The translations under genes and the position numbers were made by a program. Positions 9,582 to 21,046 of a stretch of 64,000 nt of DNA are shown here, one piece after another. The notes beneath the pieces are model-generated. The model worked only from the letters and a program-made list of their open reading frames with translations, was not told the DNA's origin and did no database searches. Origin of the DNA: Miltoncostaeaceae bacterium (GTDB taxonomy: Bacteria > Actinomycetota > Thermoleophilia > Miltoncostaeales > Miltoncostaeaceae); the NCBI GenBank assembly GCA_963834875.1, contig CAWIDG010000025.1, positions 61,593 through 125,592 on the forward strand. The letters are read 5' to 3'. Position 1 is the stretch's first letter. Every line of letters starts with the position of its first letter.

Positions 9582-9934
9582 TCCATCGGCTCGTAGCCGC
9601 TCGTGCGCGGGGCCGACACGATCAGCACCGAGGCGACCTCGTCGCCCTCGTTGACCACGGTGCGCTTCGGCTCGGGGTCGAGGCGCGCGAGCGTGCCCGC
9701 CGGCGCCGGGGTCCGCTCGCCGTCGATGACGAGCACGGCCGAGCCGCTCAGGACCATGAAGAGCTCCTCGTGATCCCGGGAGGTCTCGTCGTGCTCGGGG
9801 ATCCCCTCGCCGGGCGGGATGTTGACGATGTTGATCCCGAAGGAGCTGACCCCGAGCGACCGGCGGACGAGCGACCAGTTGCCGGTGCGCTCGAGCTCGT
9901 CGCGGTGGGCGATGGTGATGGCGGCGGTGGACAT
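9572..9934 (-). CDS. cupin domain protein (120 aa)
   Basis: MSTAAITIAHRDEL...FGINIVNIPPGEGIPEHDETSRDHEELFMVLSGSAVLVIDGE. The ATG at 9934 is preceded by AGGAGGA. Confidence 0.8.
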   Translation of the reverse strand: MSTAAITIAHRDELERTGNWSLVRRSLGVSSFGINIVNIPPGEGIPEHDETSRDHEELFMVLSGSAVLVIDGERTPAPAGTLARLDPEPKRTVVNEGDEVASVLIVSAPRTSGYEPMEWA

Positions 9935-10041
9935 CTGATCCTCCTGGTCGTCGTGCGATGGGTGCACCGTACGTCGTCGCCGTCGTGGGCGCGTCTCGGG
10001 GTGCGTCCCGGCAGCGTCAAGGGGGGCACTAGGCTGCCGCG

Positions 10042-10719
10042 ATGGCATCGCCGCGCCCCGGCACCCGCGCCCACGCGCGGGAGATCGCCGCCCGCCTGGA
10101 GGAGGCGCAGGGCCACATCGCGTGGCGCCGCCGTCACGACCCCGTGAGCGAGCTCGTCACGACGCTCCTCAGCCACAGCACGACCGACCTCAACCAGCTG
10201 AGGGCGTTCGAGGCGCTGCGCGCCCGCTATCCGAGCTGGGACGAGGTGAGGCGCGCGCCGACCGCCGAGGTGGAGGAGACGGTGCGGGTCGCGGGCCTCG
10301 CGGGCCAGAAGGCGCCGCGCATCCAGCGCGTCCTCGACGTCATCGCCGACGATCCGCGCGGCTCGGACCTGGAGTGGCTCGGCGACACCCCGCTCGACGA
10401 GGCGATGGCCTTCCTCACCGCGCTCCCCGGCGTCGGGCCGAAGACCGCCGGCTGCGTCATGTGCTTCTGCTTCGACGCCCCGGTCGTGCCCGTCGACACC
10501 CACGTCCACCGGATCGCCCTGAGGACCCGGATCGTCCCCCCGAGGGCGAGCGCGGAGGAGGCCCAGGAGCGCCTGAGCCGCTGGATCCCGCCCGACCTGG
10601 CCTACGCCACCCACATGCACCTGATCGCCCACGGCCGCACGATCTGCACCGCCCGCTCCCCGCGCTGCGGCGAGTGCCCGCTGCTCGACCTCTGCCCCGA
10701 AGGGCGCCGCCGCGCATAA
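10042..10719 (+). CDS. nth: endonuclease III / HhH-GPD DNA glycosylase with a 4Fe-4S loop
   Basis: LPGVGPKTAGCVMCFCF...VPVDTHVHR is the HhH-GPD motif. The C-terminal CTARSPRCGECPLLDLC is the C-x6-C-x2-C-x5-C cluster. Confidence 0.85.
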   Translation: MASPRPGTRAHAREIAARLEEAQGHIAWRRRHDPVSELVTTLLSHSTTDLNQLRAFEALRARYPSWDEVRRAPTAEVEETVRVAGLAGQKAPRIQRVLDVIADDPRGSDLEWLGDTPLDEAMAFLTALPGVGPKTAGCVMCFCFDAPVVPVDTHVHRIALRTRIVPPRASAEEAQERLSRWIPPDLAYATHMHLIAHGRTICTARSPRCGECPLLDLCPEGRRRA

Positions 10720-10727
10720 TCGCGACC

Positions 10728-11485
10728 GTGGATGTCTGGCTTCACGGCTTCGCTCACGCTCGGCGCACGGCCCAGCTTGCGCGCCGGGTCGAGGCGTGGG
10801 CTTTGACGGGCTGTTGGTCGCCGACAGCCAGAACCTGAACGCGGACGTCTGGATCGAGCTCGGGCTCGTCGCGGCGGCCACCGAGCGGATCCGCCTCGGT
10901 CCCGGCGTGACAATCCGGCCACTCGCCATCCGGCGGTGACGGCGTCGGCGGCGGCGACCCTTCAGCTCGAGAGCGGCGGCCGCGCGGTGCTCGGGTTCGG
11001 CCGCGGCGACTCGGCGTTGACGCAGATCGGGCGTCGCCCGGTGAGCGTGGATGAGTTCGAGTCGGCCCTGGTCGAGATCCAGGGTTCTTGCGGGGAGAGC
11101 GGGTCCACCTCGGCGGCGTCAGCAGCGCCATCGCCTGGATCGCAGACTCGGGCCAGCCGAAGGTGCCGGTCGCTGTGGCCGCCGGCCCCGGACCAGGCGG
11201 CCAGCCGGGCAGCCCAGGTCTGGCCGACCGGCGCGAGCGAGGCCAAGTGGCCAACCGGGCAACGGCCTCGTGCGCCGGCTGAGGGCGACGATCGGAGTTC
11301 AGAGGCGCCCGTCTCGCTCTCGGCGATCGGTCGACGGCGCTCCTGCGGCGTCCCGGCTCGAGCGCTCGACCGGCCGTGCGCGACTGGCGGCGCGCCGCGC
11401 CGGCCTCGGGCAGCACGCGAAGCCCGGGGTCGACCACCACCGGCTCGAGCCGCTCGCGGATGAGGTGTTGCCGGCGTTGCACTGA
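10728..11485 (+). pseudogene. LLM-class (luciferase-like, F420/flavin-dependent) oxidoreductase, decayed
   Basis: Homologous text is scattered over three frames: VDVWLHGFAH..., GFDGLLVADSQNLNADVWIELGLVAAATERIRLGPGVT, RHPAVTASAAATLQLESGGRAVLGFGRGDS, RGERVHLGGVSSAIAWIADSGQPKVPVAVAA, ...LEPLADEVLPALH. There are at least 4 frame changes, and the total length is too short for the family. Confidence 0.7.
11241..11253. repeat. solitary GGCCAAGTGGCCA element inside the decayed LLM gene
   Basis: An exact 13-mer identical to the units at 11524, 11547 and 27628. Confidence 0.8.
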
Positions 11486-11501
11486 GCGCGCCGCGGAGCG
11501 C

Positions 11502-11559
11502 TCTCAAATGGCCACCGCGCGACGGCCAAGTGGCCAACCCTGAGACGGCCAAGTGGCCA
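11502..11559. repeat. phased array of the GGCCAAGTGGCCA near-palindrome (2 exact units plus 1 degenerate)
   Basis: Exact units lie at 11524-11536 and 11547-11559, with centres 23 bp apart. A degenerate copy, CAAATGGCCA, lies 22 bp upstream. The array sits between two convergent gene ends. Confidence 0.85.
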
Positions 11560-11576
11560 CCTGGCGGCGGCCCGGC

Positions 11577-12417
11577 TCAGAGCTCCTGGTCGAGCGGCTC
11601 ACCCGCGGGCCGGGCCAGGGCGAATGCGGCTCCGCCGATGACCGTCAGGGCCGAGAGGACGACGATCCAGGTCGCGCGGGCGGAGCCGGCCTCCATGTCG
11701 CCGAAGCCCGTGAGGGCACCGAGGAGCGCGCCGGCGGGGAAGGCGACCAGGGCCAGCAGGGGGATCCGGGCCTCGCGGCGGCCGCGCAGGGCCGGCCAGG
11801 CGGCCATGACCGCCATGAGGAGGCACCAGGCGCCCAGGAACCGGCCGCCCAGAAGGGGCACGTCGAACGGGGCGGGGAAGGCCCTCGGGTCGGCGAGGAA
11901 GGCGATCGCCCCGGCCAGATAGGCGAGCGCGAGGACGGCGAGGCCGGCGCGCAGCCACCCGGGCGGCAGGGGCCCCGGGGGGCCGCCCTCGCGGCGCAGG
12001 GCCACGAGGATCGCCGCGAAGGTGAGCGGGCTCGCGACGAAGAGGATGACCCAGATCACGGCGAGGGCGCGCGAGAAGTCGAAGACGTCGCGGTGGGCGA
12101 TCGTGGCCGCGAGGGTCGGGAGGGTGAGCGCCAGCGCCCCGACGCAGAGGCCGCGGCCGGCCGGCCACCGGGTCCCCGGCGGCCGTGCCGAAGACGACGG
12201 CCGAGGCCACGTAGAGCCCGCCGACGATCGCGGCGAGTGGGCTCGGAGCGAGCGCCCACGCGAAGTAGTCCTCCGTGTCGCCGGGAACGATCAGCATGAG
12301 GATGCCGGCGATCGCGGCCGCGACTGCGACGATCAGGCACGCGGCCAGCAGCACCCGCTCGGCGGCGGCGCGGGCGGGCGCCTTCGGGGCCGCGACGACG
12401 GGAGCCGGCTCGCTCAT
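11577..12417 (-). CDS. polytopic membrane protein, apparent frameshift near 12170
   Basis: ORF 11599..12417 supplies the N-terminal TM helices and ORF 11577..12059 the C-terminal ones. The hydrophobic reading continues across a frame change within GGCCGGCCGGCC at ~12165-12175. Confidence 0.6.
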
Positions 12418-12475
12418 CGCCGTCGAGCCTATCCGGCCGCCTCGGGGCCGCGCAGACGTACGCAGCCCGCAGAAA

Positions 12476-12529
12476 TCTGAGTCATTACCACTGAGATCGA
12501 CTTGACATGACCAGACTAAGATCTACCAT
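12476..12529 (+). promoter_or_regulatory. dnaK operon promoter (TTGACA-16-TACCAT) with HAIR-like inverted repeats
   Basis: In an AT-rich patch, TCTGAGT-N7-ACTGAGA lies at 12476-12496 and CTTGACA-N7-ACTAAGA at 12501-12521. The -35 TTGACA is at 12502-12507 and the -10 TACCAT at 12524-12529. The HspR HAIR consensus is CTTGAGT-N7-ACTCAAG. Confidence 0.5.
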
Positions 12530-12589
12530 TCCCTCGGACAAACCCGAACCGCTGGCTGGGCGCGCCCCGGCCGAGGAGGACGTGAACGC

Positions 12590-14482
<1,893 letters not shown>

Positions 14483-14521
14483 CCGACCCGACCGACCGAC
14501 GAACAAGGAGGATCAGACACA

Positions 14522-14974
14522 ATGCCCGCTGTCGTGAGGTTCGATCCGTTCCGCGACATCACCTCGCTTCGCGACGAGATGAACCGCCTGTTCACCCGCA
14601 CCCTGGGCGAGGGCTCCTCGGCCGGGGCCGCGTGGACCCCGGCCGTGGACATCTTCGACGCCGCCGAGGCCATCGTGCTGAAGGCGGAGCTGCCGGGGCT
14701 GTCGCCGGACGACATCGACATCGAGATCGACGAGAACGTCCTCACCCTCAAGGGCGAGCGGCGCTTCGAGGAGAAGGTCGAGGAGGGCCGCTACTACCGC
14801 GTCGAGCGCGCGTACGGCTCCTTCCAGCGCAGCGTCACGCTGCCCCAGGGCGTGAAGCCGGACGAGATCACGGCCACCTTCGAGCACGGCGTGCTGACCG
14901 TGCGCGTGCCGAAGGCGGACGAGGTCAAGCCGCGCAAGATCGCCGTGGCCGGCAACGGGACCGCGTCGGCGTGA
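14522..14974 (+). CDS. Hsp20/alpha-crystallin small heat-shock protein
   Basis: [40 protein letters not shown]...[14 protein letters not shown]...GVLTVRVPK. The RBS is AAGGAGG. Confidence 0.93.
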   Translation: MPAVVRFDPFRDITSLRDEMNRLFTRTLGEGSSAGAAWTPAVDIFDAAEAIVLKAELPGLSPDDIDIEIDENVLTLKGERRFEEKVEEGRYYRVERAYGSFQRSVTLPQGVKPDEITATFEHGVLTVRVPKADEVKPRKIAVAGNGTASA

Positions 14975-15113
14975 ACCACGCCGACCCCCAGCGGGCTCCG
15001 GGGCCCCCGGCTCCGGAGCCCGAGGGCCCGGCCCATCCGGAGCCCGAGGCCGCCGGCCGGCCGCCGAGGCGCCGTCGCCCGCCGAGCAGAACGGCTCGGA
15101 GGAGCTCGCGCGC

Positions 15114-15578
15114 GTGGCCGCCGAGCGCGACGACTACCTCGACGCGCTCCAGCGCCTGAAGGCCGAGTTCGACAACTACCGCCGGCGCACCGAGCGCGAT
15201 CGCGAGGCCGTCGCCGTGGCCGCCCAGCGCGAGCTCGTGCGGGGCCTGCTGCCCGTGATGGACAACCTGGAGCGGGCCGTGGCCGCCCTCGGCGGGCCGA
15301 GCCCGACGATCGTCGCGGGGCTCGAGATGGTCCGCGGCCAGCTGGCGGAGCTGCTCGCCGGCCACGGCGTGGAGGAGATCGAGGCCGCCGGCCGGGTGTT
15401 CGACCCCAACGTCCACGAGGCCGTCGCCCAGGTGCCGTCGGACGCGCATCCCGACGGCGCGGTCGTCGACGTCGTGGAGAAGGGCTACCGCATCTCGGAC
15501 CACGTGCTGCGCCCGAGCCGGGTCGTCGTGGCCGCGACGCCCCCGGCCCCACCCGGCGAGCCGACGGACGAGGTCTGA
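15114..15578 (+). CDS. grpE: nucleotide exchange factor GrpE (start uncertain)
   Basis: [24 protein letters not shown]...[11 protein letters not shown]...FDPNVHEAV...[18 protein letters not shown]. The open frame continues upstream ([12 protein letters not shown]) without a start codon. The true start may be the GTG at 14971 if there is a frame change near 15060. Confidence 0.88.
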   Translation: MAAERDDYLDALQRLKAEFDNYRRRTERDREAVAVAAQRELVRGLLPVMDNLERAVAALGGPSPTIVAGLEMVRGQLAELLAGHGVEEIEAAGRVFDPNVHEAVAQVPSDAHPDGAVVDVVEKGYRISDHVLRPSRVVVAATPPAPPGEPTDEV

Positions 15579-15589
15579 GGGGACGGGGC

Positions 15590-16682
15590 GTGGAGGACCT
15601 CTACGCCACGCTCGGGGTCTCGCGCAGCGCAAGCGCCGACGAGATCAGGAAGGCGTACCGGAAGCTCGCCCGCGAGTACCACCCGGACGCGAACGCCGGC
15701 GACCCCAAGGCGGAGGAGCGCTTCAAGGCGATCTCCCACGCCCATGACGTGCTGTCCGACCCGGACAAGCGGCGCGAGTACGACGCCATGGCCGCGTTCG
15801 GCGGGCGGCGCCCGAACGGAGGCGGCGGCGCGACGTGGACGACCGGCGGCGAGGGGGGCGGCTTCGGCGACTTCGCCGACCTGTTCTCGTCCATCTTCCG
15901 CGGCGGACGCGGCCCAGGAGGCGGGCGAGCCCGCCGCCCGGCGCGGCGCCGACGTCGAGGTCGAGGTCAACCTGTCGTTCGATCAGGCGATGGCCGGCGC
16001 CCAGGTGCCGGTGCAGGTGGAGACGCCGGTGGCCTGCGCCGACTGCAACGGCAGCGGCGCGAAGCCGGGCACCAGCCCGCGCCTGTGCCCCGAGTGCAAG
16101 GGCCGGGGCGTCCGGGGCCGCGACGTCGGCTCGTTCGCCTTCAGCGAGCCCTGCCCGCGGTGCGGCGGCAACGGGACGGTCATCGACGACCCCTGCCCGA
16201 CCTGCCGCGGCACCGGCAGCACCTCGACGCGCTCGCAGATCAAGGTGAAGATCCCGCCGGGCGTCAAGGACGGCACCAAGATCCGCCTGAAGGGCAAGGG
16301 CCAGGCGGGCCTCCGCGGTGGTCCCGCGGGAGACCTGCAGGTCATCACGCGCGTCGCCCCGAGCCACCTCTACACCCGCCGGGGGGACGACCTGGTGATC
16401 GAGGTCCCGGTGACCTTCGCCGAGGCCGCCCTCGGCGCCCAGGTCGAGGTGCCGACCATCGACGGCCGCGTGAAGCTGCGCGTGCCCCCCGGCAGCGCCG
16501 ACGGCCGCCAGCTCCGGCTCGCCGGCAAGGGCGCCCCGCGCCTGAAGGGCGAGGGCCGCGGGGCCCTGATCGCCAAGCTGCGCGTGCAGGTGCCCCGCCG
16601 GCTCACCGACGAGCAGCGCGAGGCGCTCGAGCGCTTCGCCGAGCTCGACGGCGACGACCCGCGGGAGGCGCTGTTCCGATGA
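15590..16682 (+). CDS. dnaJ: co-chaperone DnaJ, apparent frameshift at about 15900-15945
   Basis: The J domain ([29 protein letters not shown]) and G-rich linker lie in the frame of ORF 15590. The Zn-finger repeats ([32 protein letters not shown]) and the C-terminal domains lie in ORF 15744..16682. Confidence 0.92.
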
Positions 16683-17116
16683 GCGCCCGCCGCCCCCCCG
16701 CGTTCCTCATCGGCCTCGCGGCCGAGCTCGCCGGGATGCATCCGCAGACGCTCCGCGTCTACGAGCGCCGCGGCCTGATCACGCCGGCTCGCAGTCCTCG
16801 GAACACGCGGCTCTACTCCGAGCAGGACGTCGCGCTGCTGCGGCGCATCCAGGAGCTCTCCGAGGAGGGCCTCAACCTGGCCGGCGTCGAGCGCGTGCTG
16901 AAGCTCGAGAAGCGGCTCGAGCGCGCCGAGCGCCGGATCCGGGACCTGGCCGACGAGCTGATGGAGACCACGGAGCGCCACCGCGCGGAGCTGGCGGCCG
17001 CGCGCGCGGCCCGCGGGCAGGTGATCGTGGCGGCACGGGACGAGACCGCCCTGGTGCCGCGCTACGCCCCGGCGGTGCCGCGCGTGACCACGACGACGAA
17101 GGGGGGGCGGGTCTGA
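16679..17116 (+). CDS. hspR: MerR-family heat-shock repressor HspR
   Basis: [62 protein letters not shown]. The ATG overlaps the dnaJ stop (ATGA). Confidence 0.9.
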   Translation: MSARRPPAFLIGLAAELAGMHPQTLRVYERRGLITPARSPRNTRLYSEQDVALLRRIQELSEEGLNLAGVERVLKLEKRLERAERRIRDLADELMETTERHRAELAAARAARGQVIVAARDETALVPRYAPAVPRVTTTTKGGRV

Positions 17117-19713
17117 TGGCGGTGGACAGGCCGACCGAGCGGGCCCAGCAGGCGATCGCCGAGTCGGCGCGCCTCGCGGGCGACCGCGGCAACCAGGTGG
17201 TCGAGCCCGAGCACCTGCTGCTCGCGCTCATCGACGCGCGCGAGGGCGTCGTGGAGCCGGTGCTCCAGCGGGCGGGCGCGGACCTGGCGGCGCTGCGCGC
17301 CGCGACGATGGCCGCGATCGAGCGCCGCCCCCAGGTCAGCGGCGCGGCCGCGGGCGCCGAGCTCTCGAACGCCTACCGGGCGGTCCTGCGGCGCGCCGGC
17401 CAGGAGGCCGAGGGGCTGTCGGACGAGTACATCTCCACCGAGCACCTGCTGCTGGCGCTGCTGGACGAGCCATCGCCCGCCCGCGAGGCGATGCGCGCGA
17501 GCGGGGTGACCCGCGACGGGCTGCTCGGGGCGCTGCAGTCGGTGCGCGGCTCGGCGCGGGTGACCGACCCCAACCCGGAGGACAAGTACCAGGCGCTCGA
17601 GCAGTACGGGCGCGACCTCACCGAGGCCGCGGAGCAGGGCGCGCTGGACCCGGTGATCGGCCGCGACGAGGAGATCAGGCGGGTCATCCAGGTGCTGTCC
17701 CGGCGCACGAAGAACAACCCCGTGCTGATCGGGGAGCCGGGCACCGGCAAGACCGCGATCGTCGAGGGCCTTGCCCAGCGGATCGTGGCCGGCGACATCC
17801 CCGAGGGCCTGGCCGGGAAGCGGGTCGTGGCCCTCGACATCGGCGGGCTGCTCGCCGGCGCGAAGTACCGCGGCGAGTTCGAGGACCGCCTCAAGGCCGT
17901 GCTCAAGGAGATCCAGGACGCCGCGGGCCAGGTCATCCTCTTCATCGACGAGCTGCACACGATCGTCGGGGCGGGGGCGGCCGAGGGCGCGGTGGACGCG
18001 GCCAACCTCCTGAAGCCCATGCTGGCGCGGGGCGAGCTGCGGGCGGTGGGCGCCACCACCCTCGACGAGTACCGCAAGCACGTCGAGAAGGACGCCGCCC
18101 TCGAGCGCCGCTTCCAGCCGGTGATGGTGGGCGAGCCCTCCGTCGAGGCGACGGTGGCGATCCTCCGCGGCCTGAAGGAGCGCTACGAGGTGCACCACGG
18201 CGTCCGCATCCAGGACGGCGCGCTCGTCGCCGCCGCCCGCCTGTCGGACCGCTACATCACGGCGCGCTTCCTGCCCGACAAGGCGATCGACCTCATCGAC
18301 GAGGCCGCCAGCCGCCTCCGCATCGAGATCGACTCGGTGCCTGCCGAGCTGGACGCCGTGCAGCGGCGGATCATGCAGCTCGAGATCGAGCAGCAGGCCC
18401 TCGAGCCCGAGACCGACCCCGGCTCGGAGGCGCGGCGGGACGCGATCGCCGAGGAGCTCGCGTCGCTGCGCGAGGAGGCCGACGCGATGCGGGCCCATTG
18501 GGAGCTCGAGAAGGCCACCATCGCGCGCATCCGCGAGGTGAAGGAGCAGATCGAGACGGCCCGCCAGGAGCTGGAGCGGGCCCAGCGCGACGGCGACCTC
18601 GAGGGGGCCGCGCGCCTGCAGTACGGCACCCTGCCCGAGCTCGAGAAGGCGCTCGAGGCGGCCAACGACGAGCTGGCCGAGCAGCAGGCGAGCCGCCGCA
18701 TGCTCAAGGAGGAGGTCGACGAGGAGGACGTGGCCGAGGTCGTCGCGTCCTGGACCGGCGTGCCGGTCAGCCGCCTGATGGAGGGCGAGGTCGAGAAGCT
18801 CCTGCACATGGAGGAGCGCCTGCACGAGCGGGTCGTCGGCCAGGACTCCGCCGTCTCCGCCGTCGCCAACGCCCTCCGCCGGGCGCGCGCCGGCCTCTCG
18901 GACCCGAGCCGGCCCATCGGATCGTTCATCTTCCTGGGCCCCACCGGGGTGGGGAAGACCGAGCTCGCCCGGGCGCTGGCCGAGTTCATGTTCGACGACG
19001 AGCGCGCCATGGTCCGCATCGACATGAGCGAGTACATGGAGCGCCACGCGGTCGCGCGCCTGATCGGCGCCCCGCCGGGCTACGTCGGCTTCGAGGAGGG
19101 CGGCCAGCTCACCGAGGCGGTGCGCCGCCGCCCCTACTCGGTGCTGCTGCTCGACGAGATCGAGAAGGCGCACGCCGACGTCTTCAACGTGCTCCTGCAG
19201 CTGCTCGACGACGGGCGCCTGACCGACGGCCAGGGCCGGGTCGTTGACTTCACCAACACCGTCGTGATCATGACCAGCAACATCGGCAGCCAGTTCCTGG
19301 CCGACGCCGGCGACGAGGAGATCGCGGAGGAGCGGGTGATCGGCGCGCTGCGCGACCACTTCCGCCCCGAGTTCCTCAACCGCGTCGACGAGATCGTCGT
19401 CTTCGGCCGCCTCGACCGCGAGCAGCTCGCGCAGATCGTCGAGCTGCAGGTGGCGCGGCTGCGCGACCGCCTGCGCGAGCGCGGGGTGGAGCTGGAGCTC
19501 ACCGAGGCCGCCGCCGGGCTCCTGGCGCGCGAGGGCTACGACCCGGTCTACGGCGCCCGCCCGCTCAAGCGGCTGGTGCAGCGCCGGATCGAGAACCCGC
19601 TCGCCCAGCGGCTCCTGGCGGGCGAGGTGCGCGACGGCGACGTCGTGGTGGTCGACGCGGAGGGCGACGAGCTGACCTTCGCCGTCGCCGAACCGGCGGT
19701 GGCAACCTCCTAA
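17116..19713 (+). CDS. clpB: ATP-dependent chaperone ClpB
   Basis: Two AAA+ modules ([15 protein letters not shown]; [13 protein letters not shown]) and a long middle coiled coil are present. The gene is intact at 865 aa, and its ATG overlaps the hspR stop (TGATG). Confidence 0.97.
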   Translation: MAVDRPTERAQQAIAESARLAGDRGNQVVEPEHLLLALIDAREGVVEPVLQRAGADLAALRAATMAAIERRPQVSGAAAGAELSNAYRAVLRRAGQEAEGLSDEYISTEHLLLALLDEPSPAREAMRASGVTRDGLLGALQSVRGSARVTDPNPEDKYQALEQYGRDLTEAAEQGALDPVIGRDEEIRRVIQVLSRRTKNNPVLIGEPGTGKTAIVEGLAQRIVAGDIPEGLAGKRVVALDIGGLLAGAKYRGEFEDRLKAVLKEIQDAAGQVILFIDELHTIVGAGAAEGAVDAANLLKPMLARGELRAVGATTLDEYRKHVEKDAALERRFQPVMVGEPSVEATVAILRGLKERYEVHHGVRIQDGALVAAARLSDRYITARFLPDKAIDLIDEAASRLRIEIDSVPAELDAVQRRIMQLEIEQQALEPETDPGSEARRDAIAEELASLREEADAMRAHWELEKATIARIREVKEQIETARQELERAQRDGDLEGAARLQYGTLPELEKALEAANDELAEQQASRRMLKEEVDEEDVAEVVASWTGVPVSRLMEGEVEKLLHMEERLHERVVGQDSAVSAVANALRRARAGLSDPSRPIGSFIFLGPTGVGKTELARALAEFMFDDERAMVRIDMSEYMERHAVARLIGAPPGYVGFEEGGQLTEAVRRRPYSVLLLDEIEKAHADVFNVLLQLLDDGRLTDGQGRVVDFTNTVVIMTSNIGSQFLADAGDEEIAEERVIGALRDHFRPEFLNRVDEIVVFGRLDREQLAQIVELQVARLRDRLRERGVELELTEAAAGLLAREGYDPVYGARPLKRLVQRRIENPLAQRLLAGEVRDGDVVVVDAEGDELTFAVAEPAVATS

Positions 19714-19747
19714 AGATTGACGGTCCGGCGCCCGATGCATCCGGTGG

Positions 19748-19894
19748 ATGCACAGGCAGCTCCCCACCCGGCAGGCCGTACGCCACCGCCCAGCGCGGCC
19801 GGCGCGGCTGCCGGGCTGGGCGCTGGCCCTCGGCATCGCCGTGGCCGGCGCGCTGCTGGCCTGGCTGAACGTGGTCGTGCTGATCGGGGGGTGA
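19748..19894 (+). CDS. possible 48-aa single-TM peptide
   Basis: The ATG at 19748 gives MHRQLPTRQAVRHRPARPARLPGWALALGIAVAGALLAWLNVVVLIGG, a basic N-terminus followed by one hydrophobic helix. It is below the ORF-track length cut-off and has no homology support. Confidence 0.25.
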   Translation: MHRQLPTRQAVRHRPARPARLPGWALALGIAVAGALLAWLNVVVLIGG

Positions 19895-19928
19895 CGTCCC
19901 CGGCTCCGGCCGCTCGCCGGGCGCTACC

Positions 19929-20252
19929 GTGAGCGGGATGGCGCAGGGGACCCCCAACGGGCGCGCGGCGGCCATCGCGACGGCCTCGGCGATCGGCGCG
20001 GCCGCGGTCGCCGGCATCGCCAGCGTCGTCGTCCAGCTCGACGGCATCGCGGCCCACGTCGTCTTCGCGCTGCTCGTCCTCGTCGCGCTGGCGCTCCTCG
20101 TCAGCGCCGGCTACTGGATCCGCCGGGCCCGGTGCAGTGAAGCGGATGAGCGCCTCTTACGGGCGCTCATGCGCCTCCGGGCTCTGGCCGGGCCCTCCCG
20201 GCGAAGCCGGCGCACCGGCTCGCCGGGGGCCCGGCGCCGGGAAGAGCCATGA
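19929..20252 (+). CDS. possible small membrane protein
   Basis: Two hydrophobic stretches (AIATASAIGAAAVAGIASVVV; VVFALLVLVALALLVSAGYW) are followed by a basic tail. I recognise no family. Confidence 0.35.
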   Translation: MSGMAQGTPNGRAAAIATASAIGAAAVAGIASVVVQLDGIAAHVVFALLVLVALALLVSAGYWIRRARCSEADERLLRALMRLRALAGPSRRSRRTGSPGARRREEP

Positions 20253-20278
20253 GCGCCCGCAAGCGCGCGCATCCGCTC

Positions 20279-20731
20279 TTACTCACGGGTGGCGATCAGG
20301 GCGAGCCCGCTGAGGATGCCGCCGAGGGCGCCGGCCGCCGCGAGGTAGACGCCGATCTGGCGCGACAGGAACTGCGCCGGGTCGGGGAGCACCAGCAGGC
20401 GGTAGCCGACGAGCACGGCGGCGATGACCGACGCGCCGATGACCACCCAGGCGACGGCGTCGCCCAGCCCGGAGTCGAGGCGCATCCCGCCGCGGGCCTC
20501 CAGCGCGGCGACGGCCGAGGCGACGGCGACGATCGCCCCCATGAAGACGGATGCCTTCGCCAGGTTGCTGGCCTCCCAGCCGGCGACGCTCTCGGGGGAG
20601 AACGGCGGCCCGAGGTTCGTGGCGTACCACGGCAGGAACGCCGCGATCACGATGAGGACGCCGGACAGCATGCCGATGTAGGGCGCCCCGCTCCGCGGCG
20701 GGCGGAGGATGGCCTGGCGGCGAGCGCTCAC
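20279..20731 (-). CDS. 4-TM membrane protein (FLPWY family, paralog of 23291..23719)
   Basis: The GTG at 20731 overlaps the upstream stop (GTGA). TM1 ends in AAFLPWY, and three further TM helices follow. Confidence 0.6.
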   Translation of the reverse strand: MSARRQAILRPPRSGAPYIGMLSGVLIVIAAFLPWYATNLGPPFSPESVAGWEASNLAKASVFMGAIVAVASAVAALEARGGMRLDSGLGDAVAWVVIGASVIAAVLVGYRLLVLPDPAQFLSRQIGVYLAAAGALGGILSGLALIATRE

Positions 20732-21021
20732 GCCTGGGCGATCCCGACGGCGAGGACCACGGGGATCCAGATGCAGAGGGCGCAGATCGCGCACACCATC
20801 CCGCCCACGGCCATGCCCCGCCGGCCCGGGTCGCCGCGCCCCTGCGCCTGGTCCTGGAGCTCCAGGGAGGCCAGCGTGATGGCGACGACGGCGCAGAGCA
20901 GGGTCACCACGGCGAACCCCGCGACGAGGGCGACGATCCCGAGGACCAGCACCGCGACCGGCCTCCGCCCTGCCCGGCTCGTCGCCGGCGCGATCGCGGC
21001 CGGTGGGGAGGTCCGCTCCAT
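20728..21021 (-). CDS. small membrane protein (97 aa)
   Basis: MERTSPPAAIAP...VAVLVLGIVALVAGFAVVTLLCAVVAITLA...MVCAICALCIWIPVVLAVGIA has two or three hydrophobic helices. Confidence 0.5.
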   Translation of the reverse strand: MERTSPPAAIAPATSRAGRRPVAVLVLGIVALVAGFAVVTLLCAVVAITLASLELQDQAQGRGDPGRRGMAVGGMVCAICALCIWIPVVLAVGIAQA

Positions 21022-21046
21022 CGGCGCCAAGACTACGCGCGGCCGG

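Noticed and set aside
14971-15113. An N-terminal extension of grpE starting at the GTG that overlaps the hsp20 stop (GTGA).
   Set aside because: It is attractive given the coupling pattern, and the grpE frame is open but start-less upstream of 15114. However, it needs an unproven frame change near 15055-15070 in Pro/Ala-rich low-information sequence. I kept the conservative start and flagged the alternative.
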